From: an uncultured Candidatus Rokubacteria bacterium | Lineage (GTDB): Bacteria > Methylomirabilota > Methylomirabilia > Rokubacteriales > CSP1-6 | DNA: 64,000 nt | Reading direction: 5' to 3' | NCBI GenBank assembly: GCA_963754315.1 | Contig: CAVWFS010000003.1 | Location: forward strand, 1 to 64,000 | Shown here: positions 1 through 9,365 of the stretch, piece after piece | Layout: each line of letters starts with the position of its first letter | Position numbering within the stretch: the stretch's first letter is position 1 | Program-made: the position numbers and the translations under genes | The notes under the pieces: generated by a model | What the model was told of the DNA's origin: nothing | Databases searched by the model: none | The model's input: only the letters and a program-made list of their open reading frames with translations

Positions 1-76
1 GCCATTGTGGCTGGGTCAGGCGCTCCCTGCCCAGGCGGTCAAACACGTAGGCGTGCTCGATCCGCCTATCACCCAC
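1..76 (-). pseudogene. Start of a small ORF (VGDRRIEHAYVFDRLGRERLTQ...) resembling peptides found upstream of serine-recombinase element genes; runs off the window edge
   Basis: Manual translation of the reverse strand; overlaps the stop of the ribbon-helix-helix-like gene. Family resemblance is from memory, not a search. Confidence 0.3.
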
Positions 77-412
77 CCTGGGGGCCTGGCCGCACCCGCT
101 CCAGCCAGTCCTCGAGCGCCCGTGTCACGAGGGCGCTCAAGCTGCTGCCCGTCGAGCGAGCGCGGGTCCGGACTCGTCGCACCAGCCCGACGGGCAATTT
201 GACGGTGAACGCCACGGTCGGCTCCGGGACCGGCACCCCCTGGGGATGGCGCTGCGCCACCTCGACATATCGTCGAGCTTGCCGCAGGGACACCTGGTAG
301 CGCCGGACAAGGGCCCGCAGGGCGGCCGGGACGGGAAACGGCGCAGCAGCGCCAGCGCCCAATTGACGCGTTCGGCATATTGATCGGCCTGGGCCCGCCG
401 GCGCGCACTCAT
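69..412 (-). pseudogene. Frameshifted small DNA-binding protein (HTH plus ribbon-helix-helix-like), typical of mobile-element accessory ORFs
   Basis: MSARRRAQADQYAERVNWALALLRRF (ORF 137..412) continues after one frameshift near 335 as PVPAALRALVRRYQVSLRQARRY...FTVKLPVGLVRRVRTRARSTGSSLSALVTRALEDWL (ORF 69..452). Confidence 0.55.
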
Positions 413-545
413 GTGCCATGACTATACAACCTGTTACGTCCCAGCCCATCAAACTTTCGACGGCCCCGCCGCGGGCACGCGACTACTCGCTCCCAGACAA
501 AGTTTGCGATTGTGTTGGAGGGATCACGATCGCCGATCTGGGTGA

Positions 546-960
546 TCACGATAGGCCGACGCGCGCAACCATGTTGCGGACAGCAGCCGAGCGCCGCATG
601 TCGGGGCGCCGCATCCCCGACACGCCGGCCTTGCGACACGCGGTCCCCCACGCCTTGCGATAGTCCTTCCTTCGCTGCCCGGCCGCTTGTCCTAGAGGTA
701 GCCGAACAGGTACGGGGTGATGCGCCCGGTCTTGCGCTGGAAGGCGTCCCCGCGGGCCTGCTGGGCGCTGAGCAGCTCCTTTAGCTCGGGGGTTAGGTAC
801 GCGGTGCGGGGCTTGGCGTTCTTCGTCTCTCCAGGGTCGAGCCGGAGGGTTCCGGCCTCGAGGTCGAGGTGTCGCCGCTCGCGGGTCAAGACTTCGCTCT
901 GGGTCCGCCACCCCCGGATGTAGGCGACGGAGGTTGCCACTTGGAGGTCAGGGGACAGAT
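546..960 (-). pseudogene. Tyrosine recombinase/integrase C-terminal relic
   Basis: AYIRGWRTQSEVL (box I Arg), LRLDPGETKNAKPRT (catalytic Lys region), then after a stop/frameshift RKAWGTACRKAGVSGMRRPDMRRSAAVRNM (degenerate HDLRR box II). No N-terminus and no catalytic Tyr segment. Confidence 0.75.
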
Positions 961-1099
961 TCCCTCCCACTCAGCGCGCCAGGCCAGTGGTGATCGGCGC
1001 GGAGCCCTACACGCAAAGCGCGCTGCAATCGCCATTTCCGGGCACGCGATGCGAAACAGTGGACGGGCATCCCGGTTTCAGGGCTTGGCGAGGTGGACC

Positions 1100-1748
1100 C
1101 TCAGCCAGCCGAGGGTCCCCAGCTCGGGATTGGGGGAGGACCTCCAGGCCAGCATCGACGGCCAAGGCCAAGATGAGGTCAGGGTGATTGAAGTTCATCA
1201 GACCGGGAAGGCGGGTGGGATCGTCACGATAGTTACGGGCCTGTTCGCGGAGATGCCAAGGATTGCTCGCCGAGGGTGGAGGCATCGAGAATATCCCGCC
1301 GGACTTGAGCAGACGATGGACTTCTAGCATGTAGTTGTAGATGTCGTAGAGGTTGAGGTGGATGTCGTAGAGGTTGAGGTGGATGAAAACATTGAGCGAG
1401 TAGCCGAAGTCGTACGCTTGCGAGGCGAGGTGTCCGAGAGTCGGACTCGATCCGATGGAAGGCGACGTTGGAAATTCCGGCGCAGTTTTCGCGGGCCTTC
1501 CGCAGGAAGGATTCGCTGATGTCATTGCAATCAAGCCATCCACAGTGCGGGGCAAGGGCCTTAGCGACGCTCCCCTCGCCGCTACCGATCTCGAAGCCCT
1601 GCTTTTGAGTATGAGAGAGCAGGGCGACCAGCTCGGTCGCCCGTTCTCGGCGGTCAGCTCGAAACTCTTCGAGGGTCGCGGTTCCGGCGAGGGCCAGGAG
1701 AGCGTGCTCTTCGGTTTCGAATTCCCAGGCATTACGTTTGATATTCAT
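1100..1748 (-). pseudogene. Class I SAM-dependent methyltransferase, multiply frameshifted
   Basis: GFEIGSGEG motif I and CNDISESFL in ORF 1233..1748; YDFGYSLNVFIHL...EVHRLLKSGG in ORF 1007..1732. 3' end approximate. Confidence 0.7.
1340..1385. repeat. Exact 21-bp tandem duplication
   Basis: gatgtcgtagaggttgaggtg at 1340-1360 and 1361-1381, plus partial gatg; encodes IHLNLYD twice on the minus strand. Confidence 0.95.
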
Positions 1749-2165
1749 TCACGCGCGTCTCCAAGGGATCGTTGAACAACGGCGAGGCGGGCCGATCGGG
1801 CCTTGTGGTCTCTTCTATTTGTTGCAGCGTGGGGGACGTATAGATTCGGCTGGGTCAGCATTGGCGCGGATTCAGGGAGCCTGAGGCGGCCTTGAGAAGG
1901 CCGGCCACACTCGCGAGCCTAGGTCGTGGCATGCAGAACGTCCTCCTCATACTCTGCGAATGCGTTCCTCTGGTAGATCAGAGCCGCGCAGAGAAGCTCG
2001 AAGGCCTCGCGCTCTTCGTCGCCTAGCGAAGTCACCCTGCTCGCCGTTTCGATTTCCTTGGTGCTCTGATACAGCTTCTCCCACTCCTGAAGAAAGTCCT
2101 TCTCTAGCCGGGGATGGCCACCACGTCGACCAAGCCGGACGGGGGACAGCGCCGCTGGAGGCCGT

Positions 2166-3024
2166 CTAGGGAGCCAGCGGCTCTGGATCGGACACCTTCC
2201 AGGGCTCGAAGGCGGCCAGCCGGTAGCCGAAGCCGACCAGGGTCCACCAGTCGCCGACGGACCGGCCGAGACGTTCGAGGCAGACGCGATCGACCTCGAG
2301 GATGATCGCCGGCCGGTGGCGCTCGAGGGTTCGTCGCATCCCAAGCAGGGCCGACACCTCGGCGCCCTGTATGTCCATCTTCACCATGTCAAGGCGCGGG
2401 AGGGGAAGCGCACCGCTTTCGACGAGGCCGTCCAGGGCGCGACACTGGATCAACTCATTTCCGCTCTGCGCGAGCGAACCGCTGCCGAGATTCACCGGGT
2501 CATCGAGAACCAGGGACTCAGCATCCTCGTGCCAGAGGGCATAGGGGAGCACAGCGACGTTGGCCAGCGTAGCGACGTTGAAAACACAGTAGCGTCGGGG
2601 AGACACCAGGGGCTCGAAGGCAATCACGCGTGCCACCAACGGGGCGCACAGGACGGTGAAATAGCCGATATTGGCGCCAACGTCCATGAAGATATGATCC
2701 CCCCGCAGGTGAGCCTTGAAATAGGCCAAGAGGTGCGGCTCCACAGGTTCGGGAATCGATCAAAGTGGGGACGACCGAGCGATCGCAGGCCGGCACCCGG
2801 ACCTCGAGGCCCTCGATCGGGATGATGAGATCAACGTCCGGGCAGCGGCGAGGGTCGCCAGCCGACCCCGTGAGCAGCGCATACTCTTCGGAGGCCAGGG
2901 CCGCTTGGACCACGGCGCGACGGTGGAGGCCGGACTCGAGCATCTGCGACCAGTAGGCGAGGCCGGCTGCTTCCGGTTCGCGCTCGAGCAGGACGCGGTA
3001 GACCGCGCGGACGAAATCCTTCAT
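2166..3024 (-). pseudogene. DUF4214-like N-terminal domain fused to FkbM-family methyltransferase, one frameshift near 2745
   Basis: FVRAVYRVLLEREPEAAGLAYW...SEEY (ORF 2518..3024); (W)EPHL...FMDVGANIGYFT...AFEP...VKMDIQGAE (ORF 2166..2744). Removing one T from acctgtggag joins the frames. Confidence 0.75.
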
Positions 3025-3053
3025 GCGAGGTGAACATCGCCGATGATCCCTTC

Positions 3054-3245
3054 CTACTCTCCGAGGATAGTCAGGCTCATGGGCACGGCCAGGGCGCGGG
3101 CGATACGGTCCAGTTTCCCGACGGTGGGATCATGACGGCCAGCTTCGATCTTGTTGACATACTCGCGGGTGATCCCGGCCTTCTTCGCAAGCGCCGTCTG
3201 CGTGATACCCTTCGCCTCTCTCGCTTCCCGGATTCGGGCACCCAT
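3054..3245 (-). CDS. XRE/Cro-C1 family HTH transcriptional regulator
   Basis: GARIREAREAKGITQTALAKKAGITREYVNKIEAGRHDPT. Start placed downstream of the predicted promoter; ATG at 3263 is the alternative. Confidence 0.85.
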   Translation of the reverse strand: MGARIREAREAKGITQTALAKKAGITREYVNKIEAGRHDPTVGKLDRIARALAVPMSLTILGE

Positions 3246-3258
3246 CGTTCTGCGTTGA

Positions 3259-3287
3259 ATCATAGTGAAGTATATTTCATCTATCAA
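3259..3287 (-). promoter_or_regulatory. Sigma70-like promoter for the XRE gene
   Basis: Minus strand TTGATA-17 nt-TATGAT in an AT-rich patch. Confidence 0.55.
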
Positions 3288-3457
3288 CTCCTTCTTCCAG
3301 CCGCTTCACCGCAACCAGCACGCCGGCCTTGAACGCCCGGCGCGTTTCCAGCTCGCGGTCACGGCGTTGCCTGGACAGGGCCGCCCGGCATCGGTTCGAG
3401 CAGGCGGACACCTTCCCCTCCGGCATCGGCGCCTGGCAGGCTGGGCAGCATCAGCAT
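3277..3457 (-). pseudogene. Small Cys4 zinc-finger protein, frameshift just after the start
   Basis: Manual translation CPACQAPMPEGKVSACSNRCRAALSRQRRDRELETRRAFKAGVLVAVKRLEEGVDR*; upstream ATG CTG ATG is one base out of frame. Confidence 0.5.
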
Positions 3458-3479
3458 GGTAGCCCAGGAGTGGCCGCAC

Positions 3480-4103
3480 GTGCCGGAATGGATGGCTTCG
3501 CGGCTGCCCGTGCGATTCGCGCTGCCGAGGGGATCCGGCGGGTGCCCATCATCGCGCTGACGGCCAGCGCGCTCCCCGGCGATCGTGAGCGCTGCATGGC
3601 GGCAGGCATGGACGACTACCTCACAAAGCCGTTGACGCGTGACGCGCTGGTGGCCGTGCTCGGGACGCTACCTTCCGGGGCAGATAACCCGGCTCGAGAT
3701 GACCGACGCCCTGGAGGCAATCGTATCCCCGCTCGATCCGCGGGCGGTCGAGAGAATCCTTGAGCTGCAAGAGCCCGAACATCCTGATGTGTTGCAGACC
3801 CTGTTCGAGCTCTTCGAGCGTTCCACGACCGAGCGGCTCGCAGAGCTGGTGGGGGCCGCGACATCGGGCGACGCGCGCACGGTGGAGGCGGTGGCCCACA
3901 GTCTGAAGTCGAGCTGCGGGATGCTCGGGCTCAGGCTGATGCAGGAGATGTGTGAACGGCTGGAAGCGGAAGCCGGTCGTGGTGAGCTCGAGGGCGCTGA
4001 CCTGATCGTCCAGCGGCTCGAGTTCGAGTTCCGGCGTGCCCGTCCCTGGCTCAGTGCGGAACGGTGGACAGAGCGCGCCGGCCGGCCCGAGATCACTACC
4101 TGA
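3480..4103 (+). pseudogene. Truncated receiver plus Hpt domain (tail of a hybrid histidine kinase), frameshift near 3663
   Basis: GMDGFAAARAIR...PIIALTASALPGDRERCMAAGMDDYLTKP then AHSLKSSCGMLG (Hpt His motif). The receiver N-half with the phospho-Asp is missing; the Hpt part (ATG 3699) could be expressed alone. Confidence 0.75.
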
Positions 4104-4158
4104 CCCCTCGCCCCGGACCTAGCGTCCCGGCAGCCTGGCCGAGACGGCTGGGACTTAG

Positions 4159-4368
4159 CTACTGAGGCGGGTAACGAAAAGGACGCCAGCCGTCGGCCTG
4201 GAGGGGGGGTGGTGTGTAGCGTGACGCTGACACACTCGCCGACGGAGTGCTGGACGCTGCCCTCGTCGTCTTTTTCTTGGGAGCCGCCTTGGCGACCGGC
4301 TTCTTTTTTGCCGCCTTCGTCCCCACGGGCTTCTTGGCCGTCTTGCCGCTCTTTGTGTTCTTTTTCAT
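4159..4368 (-). CDS. Small Lys/Ala-rich basic (histone H1-like) protein
   Basis: MKKNTKSGKTAKKPVGTKAAKKKPVAKAAPKKKTT...YTPPPLQADGWRPFRYPPQ, with a good promoter directly upstream. Confidence 0.7.
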   Translation of the reverse strand: MKKNTKSGKTAKKPVGTKAAKKKPVAKAAPKKKTTRAASSTPSASVSASRYTPPPLQADGWRPFRYPPQ

Positions 4369-4375
4369 GGCCGGA

Positions 4376-4404
4376 ACTCTACAAAATAGTCGAGGCACGG
4401 TCAA
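4376..4404 (-). promoter_or_regulatory. Sigma70-like promoter, probably leaderless transcript
   Basis: TTGACC-17 nt-TAGAGT, 7 nt before ATG 4368; no Shine-Dalgarno. Confidence 0.65.
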
Positions 4405-4416
4405 TCGACTCTGGGG

Positions 4417-5169
4417 TCAGCGGCTACCCACGCGCCCTACGCCGGGCAGCTTCAGGGCAGGTCGATTGAAATCGACCCCGAAGGTCAATCCGAGGACGTT
4501 CATCTCGAGGCCTTCCTCGAAGCCGACGAGGACACCGGCCATCCCGAAGAGGGAGAACTGGACGCCAGCGCCACCCGGTGTCGATAGCGACGCGAGCGCT
4601 CCTCCGGGCAGGTAATCTTTGCCGATGGCCGTCGGGGGAAGATCGAGGCGCAGCTCGGGTACCGTCCGTCCCACGTAGGCCGTGAAGGTATTGCTGTTGG
4701 GTCCGGGCCACATCCGATACGACGATGGATAGGGATACGAGCCCACAGCGGCCTCAACCTTCACGATGAGCTCGTCGACGCCGTCGCCCCGCAGGTCCAC
4801 GAGCTTCTCGGGGCGCTGGCCGAACCAGTAATTGTCGGGACCCGTGCGGTTGATGCGCACCGCGGGAGCACCACGGTTCACGCCCCATCCCATGACTTCG
4901 TAGCGCGTGTAGCCGGGCGCCGCTGTCGCTTTGGTGACGATCCAGGTGTGGATACCAAGGATCCCGCGCCACCCGAGGGTGCGCGCCCCATACACCTGAA
5001 TCACGGCCTCCCGAACCTCCGCCGGATCCGGGGCCTGGTGCGAGGAGTCGCGGCGAGCGTTCCAGAAGTCGGGTCTGTCTCGCAGGGCGGTGCAACTGAT
5101 CAGGATCGCGACGAGCACGGCCAGCAGAGTGCCCCGCCGGATTCTGAGCGCCACGAGAACACGATACAT
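4417..5169 (-). CDS. DUF3750 domain-containing protein
   Basis: WNARRDSS..APDP..EAVIQVYGARTLGWRG..GIHTWI, Y.MWPGPNSNTF and LDLPPTAIGKDY motifs; N-terminal hydrophobic segment. Start uncertain. Confidence 0.8.
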   Translation of the reverse strand: MYRVLVALRIRRGTLLAVLVAILISCTALRDRPDFWNARRDSSHQAPDPAEVREAVIQVYGARTLGWRGILGIHTWIVTKATAAPGYTRYEVMGWGVNRGAPAVRINRTGPDNYWFGQRPEKLVDLRGDGVDELIVKVEAAVGSYPYPSSYRMWPGPNSNTFTAYVGRTVPELRLDLPPTAIGKDYLPGGALASLSTPGGAGVQFSLFGMAGVLVGFEEGLEMNVLGLTFGVDFNRPALKLPGVGRVGSR

Positions 5170-5429
5170 CAGGGATCCCGCAACGGTGGTCGCCAGTTCA
5201 TCGGGTGAATAAAGCACCTGGTGTGGCCGTCTCCAGGGAAGCCCAGGACTTTGTGGCAGGACCCAGCCAGGCGGACGATGACACGTGCACGCCGCCTGAT
5301 CACATAGATGCCTCGAACGACCGGGGAGGTCCGACCTCTCCGGTCGTTCCTGCGCGACTCACTTTCTCAGAAACCCCGCGCCGGCACGGGAATCCCCGTC
5401 TCGCCTCGAGCCATCGCAACGAGTAGGAG

Positions 5430-5804
5430 GTGAGCGAAGCGATGCTGAGCGTCGTGGTTCCAATCCTTCTCGTGGGGGCGCTGGCGGTAGGACCGTTGCT
5501 CTGGCGTCTCTGGCGCGACCGCCGTGAAGAGCGTGCCCTCGCGGTGCGCGCTGCAGTGGAAGCGGCCATGCGACGCGCCCTCCGAGGTGAGTCCCTGGTG
5601 GCAATTGAGGTGAAAGCTCCTATGGCCTACCGGAGCGGCCGTGTCATCCTTTCCGTGCCAGCGCCGTGGGAGTGGCTGATTCGTCAGGCGTGGCCGAGCG
5701 TCATCGGGCACGTCCCCCCCGACTACGAGCTGGTTGTCCGCACTACTGGGCGGGCGCTCACGCCGGCTGCCACGTCCGCGGCGACTCTACCGCGCGCGGC
5801 CTAG
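5430..5804 (+). CDS. Hypothetical protein with an N-terminal membrane anchor
   Basis: Hydrophobic N-terminus; AGGAGG upstream (better spaced to ATG 5442). Confidence 0.65.
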   Translation: MSEAMLSVVVPILLVGALAVGPLLWRLWRDRREERALAVRAAVEAAMRRALRGESLVAIEVKAPMAYRSGRVILSVPAPWEWLIRQAWPSVIGHVPPDYELVVRTTGRALTPAATSAATLPRAA

Positions 5805-5877
5805 CCGCGCGCCGTTGGGATCCGGGGGAGCGCGAAGTCATGGTATAGACGAGCAGCATTAGCAGCGCTGCTGAGGA

Positions 5878-6792
5878 GTGGCTGCCCGCGTGACCATCGA
5901 CGTATCGTCGCTTGCCCGCCTGCGCGCCCAAAGGTTCCGGCAGCATCCGTCACAACGGATCGGCACCGAGCGAGCGGCGCTGCAATTCGTCAATGATGTG
6001 GGTTTCTGCTCGACCTTCTTCGTGTTTCCCGAGGGCGTACCGTGCCTGTGGGAAGCGGTGGCCGGACGGGCGCGGCCGCGCTGGCCTCGTCATTCGCACC
6101 ACGATGCCGCCGTAGGCCGGACGTGGGCCCTCAAGGACACGCTCCCCGCCCAGCGCACGGTGTATTACGGCAAGGTGCTGAAGGGACGCCCCCTCCTCGT
6201 GGCCCTGGACGTATTCGCCGCCTTCTACGCGCTGCGGAGGGGTCGGCAGCGGTCTCGCGATTACCGGATCGAGTACGAGGCGGGCCGCCTCTCGCTGACC
6301 GCCAAACGGCTCCTCGACTCGCTCGTCCGGGAACACCCCCAATACACGCGTGATCTGCGGGCAAACTGCTTCATGCTGGAGCCGTCCCGGACGCGGGAAT
6401 TCGAGCGAGGCATGGCCGAGCTACAGCACGGCCTGTGGGTGGCCAAGACTGAGGAGCGCTACGAGCCCACGTTCTCGTACCGCTGGGATCTGTTGGAGCA
6501 GTGGCTCCCGGAAGCGGTGGCGGAGGGTCGCCGCCTCTCACGCCCGGCCGCGATCGAACGCCTCATCGCGCGCTACACGGCGGCGGCTGTCTATACTTCG
6601 GAGCGAATCCTGACTCGACTCTTCGGCCTCGCCGCTGCCGAGATACGAGCCGCGGTGGAGCGACTTCGCCGGCGTGGCGTGCTCACTGATCCTGCGCCGG
6701 TGGTGGGGCTCCCGGGAGCGTGGCTCATCGACGCGTCGGCTTCCACCCAGCCCACACGTACAGGACGCAAACACGGGCCCTCGTTCGCATGA
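5878..6792 (+). CDS. AlkZ/YcaQ-related winged-helix protein (possible DNA crosslink repair glycosylase-like)
   Basis: ALQFVNDVGF, PCLWEAV, WALKDTL...YYGKVLKGRPLLV pattern; 304 aa. Confidence 0.6.
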   Translation: MAARVTIDVSSLARLRAQRFRQHPSQRIGTERAALQFVNDVGFCSTFFVFPEGVPCLWEAVAGRARPRWPRHSHHDAAVGRTWALKDTLPAQRTVYYGKVLKGRPLLVALDVFAAFYALRRGRQRSRDYRIEYEAGRLSLTAKRLLDSLVREHPQYTRDLRANCFMLEPSRTREFERGMAELQHGLWVAKTEERYEPTFSYRWDLLEQWLPEAVAEGRRLSRPAAIERLIARYTAAAVYTSERILTRLFGLAAAEIRAAVERLRRRGVLTDPAPVVGLPGAWLIDASASTQPTRTGRKHGPSFA

Positions 6793-6863
6793 TGCGATGC
6801 GCCTGCCGGATCGGTTTATCCTGATCCGCGGAACTCATCATGGCTGGAAGAGGGAGGCCGAGC

Positions 6864-7256
6864 ATGGCCAAGATTGAAGGATTCTGTGCGCCAGGCGTCT
6901 ACGATCCCCCCACCTACACGCAGGGCATCAAGGTAACGGGTGCCCAGACCATCGTGTTTCTCGCCGGACAGGTGGCCTATGACAAGGACGGCGGCGTCCT
7001 GCACCGCGGCGACTTCAAGGGGCAGGCCCGCGAGGCATTTCGCGCTCTGAAGGCGCTGGTGGAGGCGGCGGGCGGCACCATGGACAGCATCGTCAAGATC
7101 AACACATACATGACCGACATTCGCTACCGGGCCGATCTGGTACCCGTGCGCCAGGAGTTCTTCCCCAAGCGGTCGCCAGCCTCGACCCTGGTTCAGGTAG
7201 GCGCGCTGGCCCACCCCGAGTGGCTCATCGAAATCGAAGGCATCGCCGTCGTTTAA
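6864..7256 (+). CDS. RidA/YjgF family enamine-imine deaminase
   Basis: FLAGQV, IVKINTY, PASTLVQVGALAHPEWLIEIEGIA; GGAGG RBS. Confidence 0.9.
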   Translation: MAKIEGFCAPGVYDPPTYTQGIKVTGAQTIVFLAGQVAYDKDGGVLHRGDFKGQAREAFRALKALVEAAGGTMDSIVKINTYMTDIRYRADLVPVRQEFFPKRSPASTLVQVGALAHPEWLIEIEGIAVV

Positions 7257-7260
7257 CCTC

Positions 7261-7319
7261 GCCCCTGCCGGGGCGTTCCGAGCGACGGGGGGATTGGGGG
7301 GCCGTCGAGGCCCCCCATG
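7261..7319 (-). repeat. Copy of the G/C-run two-hairpin intergenic repeat (inverted orientation)
   Basis: Reverse complement atggggggcctcgacggccccccaatccccccgtcgctcggaacgccccggc matches the copies at 19832 and 37990. Confidence 0.85.
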
Positions 7320-7344
7320 TTGCCCCTACTTTACAATAGCGAAC

Positions 7345-7851
7345 GTGAGCACCCACTGGGACGATCCGGAATTCCTGCGCCACCTCTTCGAGCAGACGCA
7401 GATCCTGCGTAAGCCCATCACCGGTATCATCACCGGCTATCACGTCCTTCCCTATATCCTCGTCGGCCCCCAGGAGGATCACCCCCACAAGTCGGTGGAG
7501 GTACGGGGGCGGATCAAGGTGTCCCCCCGCCTCGTCATCAGCCCGCGAGATCTGGGACTGACCTATGGTGAGTTCTTCGCCGAACGCGAGCTCATGGACC
7601 AGGCCATGGTGGCGCGAGTGTTCAGCTTCAAGTACGCGTCCCGTGTCAGCCTTGAGAACGAAGATCTAAAGATTACGCGCCAGGACCGCGAGGCCCAGCG
7701 TCACCTGGAGCGCGTGCTGGACGAGCTGTCTCAGCGCGAGATCGTCAACACTGGTGTGATCGCCGCTCCCGACGTGCGCTTCTACCCGGTGTCGGTCGAC
7801 CGCTTCATTCGGGAGATCCTCGACCAGGAGTTCGGGGGAACCTCTCCTTGA
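7345..7851 (+). CDS. Hypothetical protein
   Basis: Strong GC3 codon bias; GTG start 7 nt after TACAAT (7332-7337). Confidence 0.75.
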   Translation: MSTHWDDPEFLRHLFEQTQILRKPITGIITGYHVLPYILVGPQEDHPHKSVEVRGRIKVSPRLVISPRDLGLTYGEFFAERELMDQAMVARVFSFKYASRVSLENEDLKITRQDREAQRHLERVLDELSQREIVNTGVIAAPDVRFYPVSVDRFIREILDQEFGGTSP

Positions 7852-9365
7852 CCGCCTGGCGGGCGATACCCGTGTCGCCCGCCCTCGACGGCGGCGAGCG
7901 GACCGCCTCCATGCGAGCGGCATTGGGCGGGCTCCTCGTTTTGGCCTATGGAGGGGTGCTGGCGACGCTCACCCTGCGCTCCCTCGACTGGCCGCTCGTT
8001 CACGATGCTCCCATCCTGCACTACATCGCCTGGCGCATCGCGGAGGGGGCCGTTCCCTATCGTGACCTCTTCGACATGAACCTGGCCGGGACCTACCTGA
8101 TCCATCTGGTGGCCCTGCAAGCCTTTGGGGCAAGCGACGCGAGTTGGCGGGTCTTCGACCTCGCCTGGCTTTTGGCCACGTCGTTCGCCTTGGCAGCCTT
8201 CGCCCGTCCCTGGGGCTGGATGGCGGCCACGGGCAGCGCGCTGCTCTTCGCCGTCTACCACGTGGCCGGCGGAGCCTGGCAGGCAGGACAACGCGATTAC
8301 TTCCTGGTGGTCTTCCTCGTCGTCGGCGCGCTCGGGGTAGCGCGCTGGACAGCCGGGGGGGGCATCGCCCCCCTGGCGTGGGGTGGTTTCGCCCTGGGGG
8401 CGGGCATCGCCATCAAGCCGCACGCGGTGCTTTTGGCGGCGAGTCTGACGGTGGTCGTGCTCGTGATGGGAAGGCGCTCGGGATCGGCGACGATGGTACC
8501 CCTGGTGATCTTCGGAATATCAGCGGCGCTGGTGCCGGTGGCGGTAGTGACGTGGATCGCGGCCAGCGGAGGTCTGCCGGCGTGGCGCGATCTCGTGGTG
8601 CACTATCTCGTACCCTACTACGCGCGCCTCGGGCGTGAGCAGTCGTGGTTCTTCTATCGCTGGCAGGGGTGGATCCCTCTTGCCGCCTCGGTGATCCTCG
8701 CGCTCGGGCACGCCGTCATTGCTCGCCGCTATTCGGTGCGCCACGCCATCGCCACCCTCGGCATCGGCTACGGTGTCATCCACTATCTCGGTCAAGGTAA
8801 GGGGTGGACCTACCATCTCTATCCGCTGGCCGCCTTCTCGGCGCTGCTGGCCTTCTCGGAGCTGCGCTCGGCTCTCGTCCAACGGTGGATCGTCGGTGTG
8901 CCACTCACGGTGAGCCTCGCCGCGACCCTGGTCTGGCTGACCCAGACGGGGGTAGAAGCCTCGCAGGCCTCGTGGATCCGGGAAAAAGAAGCCACGGTGG
9001 AGGCCCTCATACGCGACCTGGGTCCGCTGCGGGCAGGTGATTCCGTGCAGGTGCTCGACACCACCGACGGGGGCATCCACGCGCTCCTTCGCCTGCGCGC
9101 CCGCCAGCCCACGCGCTTCGTGTACGACTTCCACTTCTTCCACGATGAGGAGACCGGGGAGATCCGCGCCCTGCGCGCGGAGTTCATGCGGGAGATCACC
9201 ACGCATCCTCCGCGCTTCATCGTGCTTTTTCGGCGAGGGTGGCCCGCCGGCGGGCCCGAGCGGATCGCTCGCTTCCCCGAACTGGGCCGTTGGCTCGGTG
9301 AGGACTATCAGATCCGGCATGACCGCGCCCGCTACGTGGTGTATGAGAAGCGACGCGATTCGTAA
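7848..9365 (+). CDS. GT-C fold (ArnT/PMT-like) polytopic membrane glycosyltransferase
   Basis: Many TM helices; D after TM1 (LVHDAP), GAVPYRDLFDMN and IKP motifs. Confidence 0.7.
   Translation: MTAWRAIPVSPALDGGERTASMRAALGGLLVLAYGGVLATLTLRSLDWPLVHDAPILHYIAWRIAEGAVPYRDLFDMNLAGTYLIHLVALQAFGASDASWRVFDLAWLLATSFALAAFARPWGWMAATGSALLFAVYHVAGGAWQAGQRDYFLVVFLVVGALGVARWTAGGGIAPLAWGGFALGAGIAIKPHAVLLAASLTVVVLVMGRRSGSATMVPLVIFGISAALVPVAVVTWIAASGGLPAWRDLVVHYLVPYYARLGREQSWFFYRWQGWIPLAASVILALGHAVIARRYSVRHAIATLGIGYGVIHYLGQGKGWTYHLYPLAAFSALLAFSELRSALVQRWIVGVPLTVSLAATLVWLTQTGVEASQASWIREKEATVEALIRDLGPLRAGDSVQVLDTTDGGIHALLRLRARQPTRFVYDFHFFHDEETGEIRALRAEFMREITTHPPRFIVLFRRGWPAGGPERIARFPELGRWLGEDYQIRHDRARYVVYEKRRDS

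Noticed and set aside
1919..2110. Acidic helical peptide LEKDFLQEWEKLY...HATT on the minus strand
   Set aside because: Looks protein-like but has no in-frame start or recognisable family; possibly another fragment.
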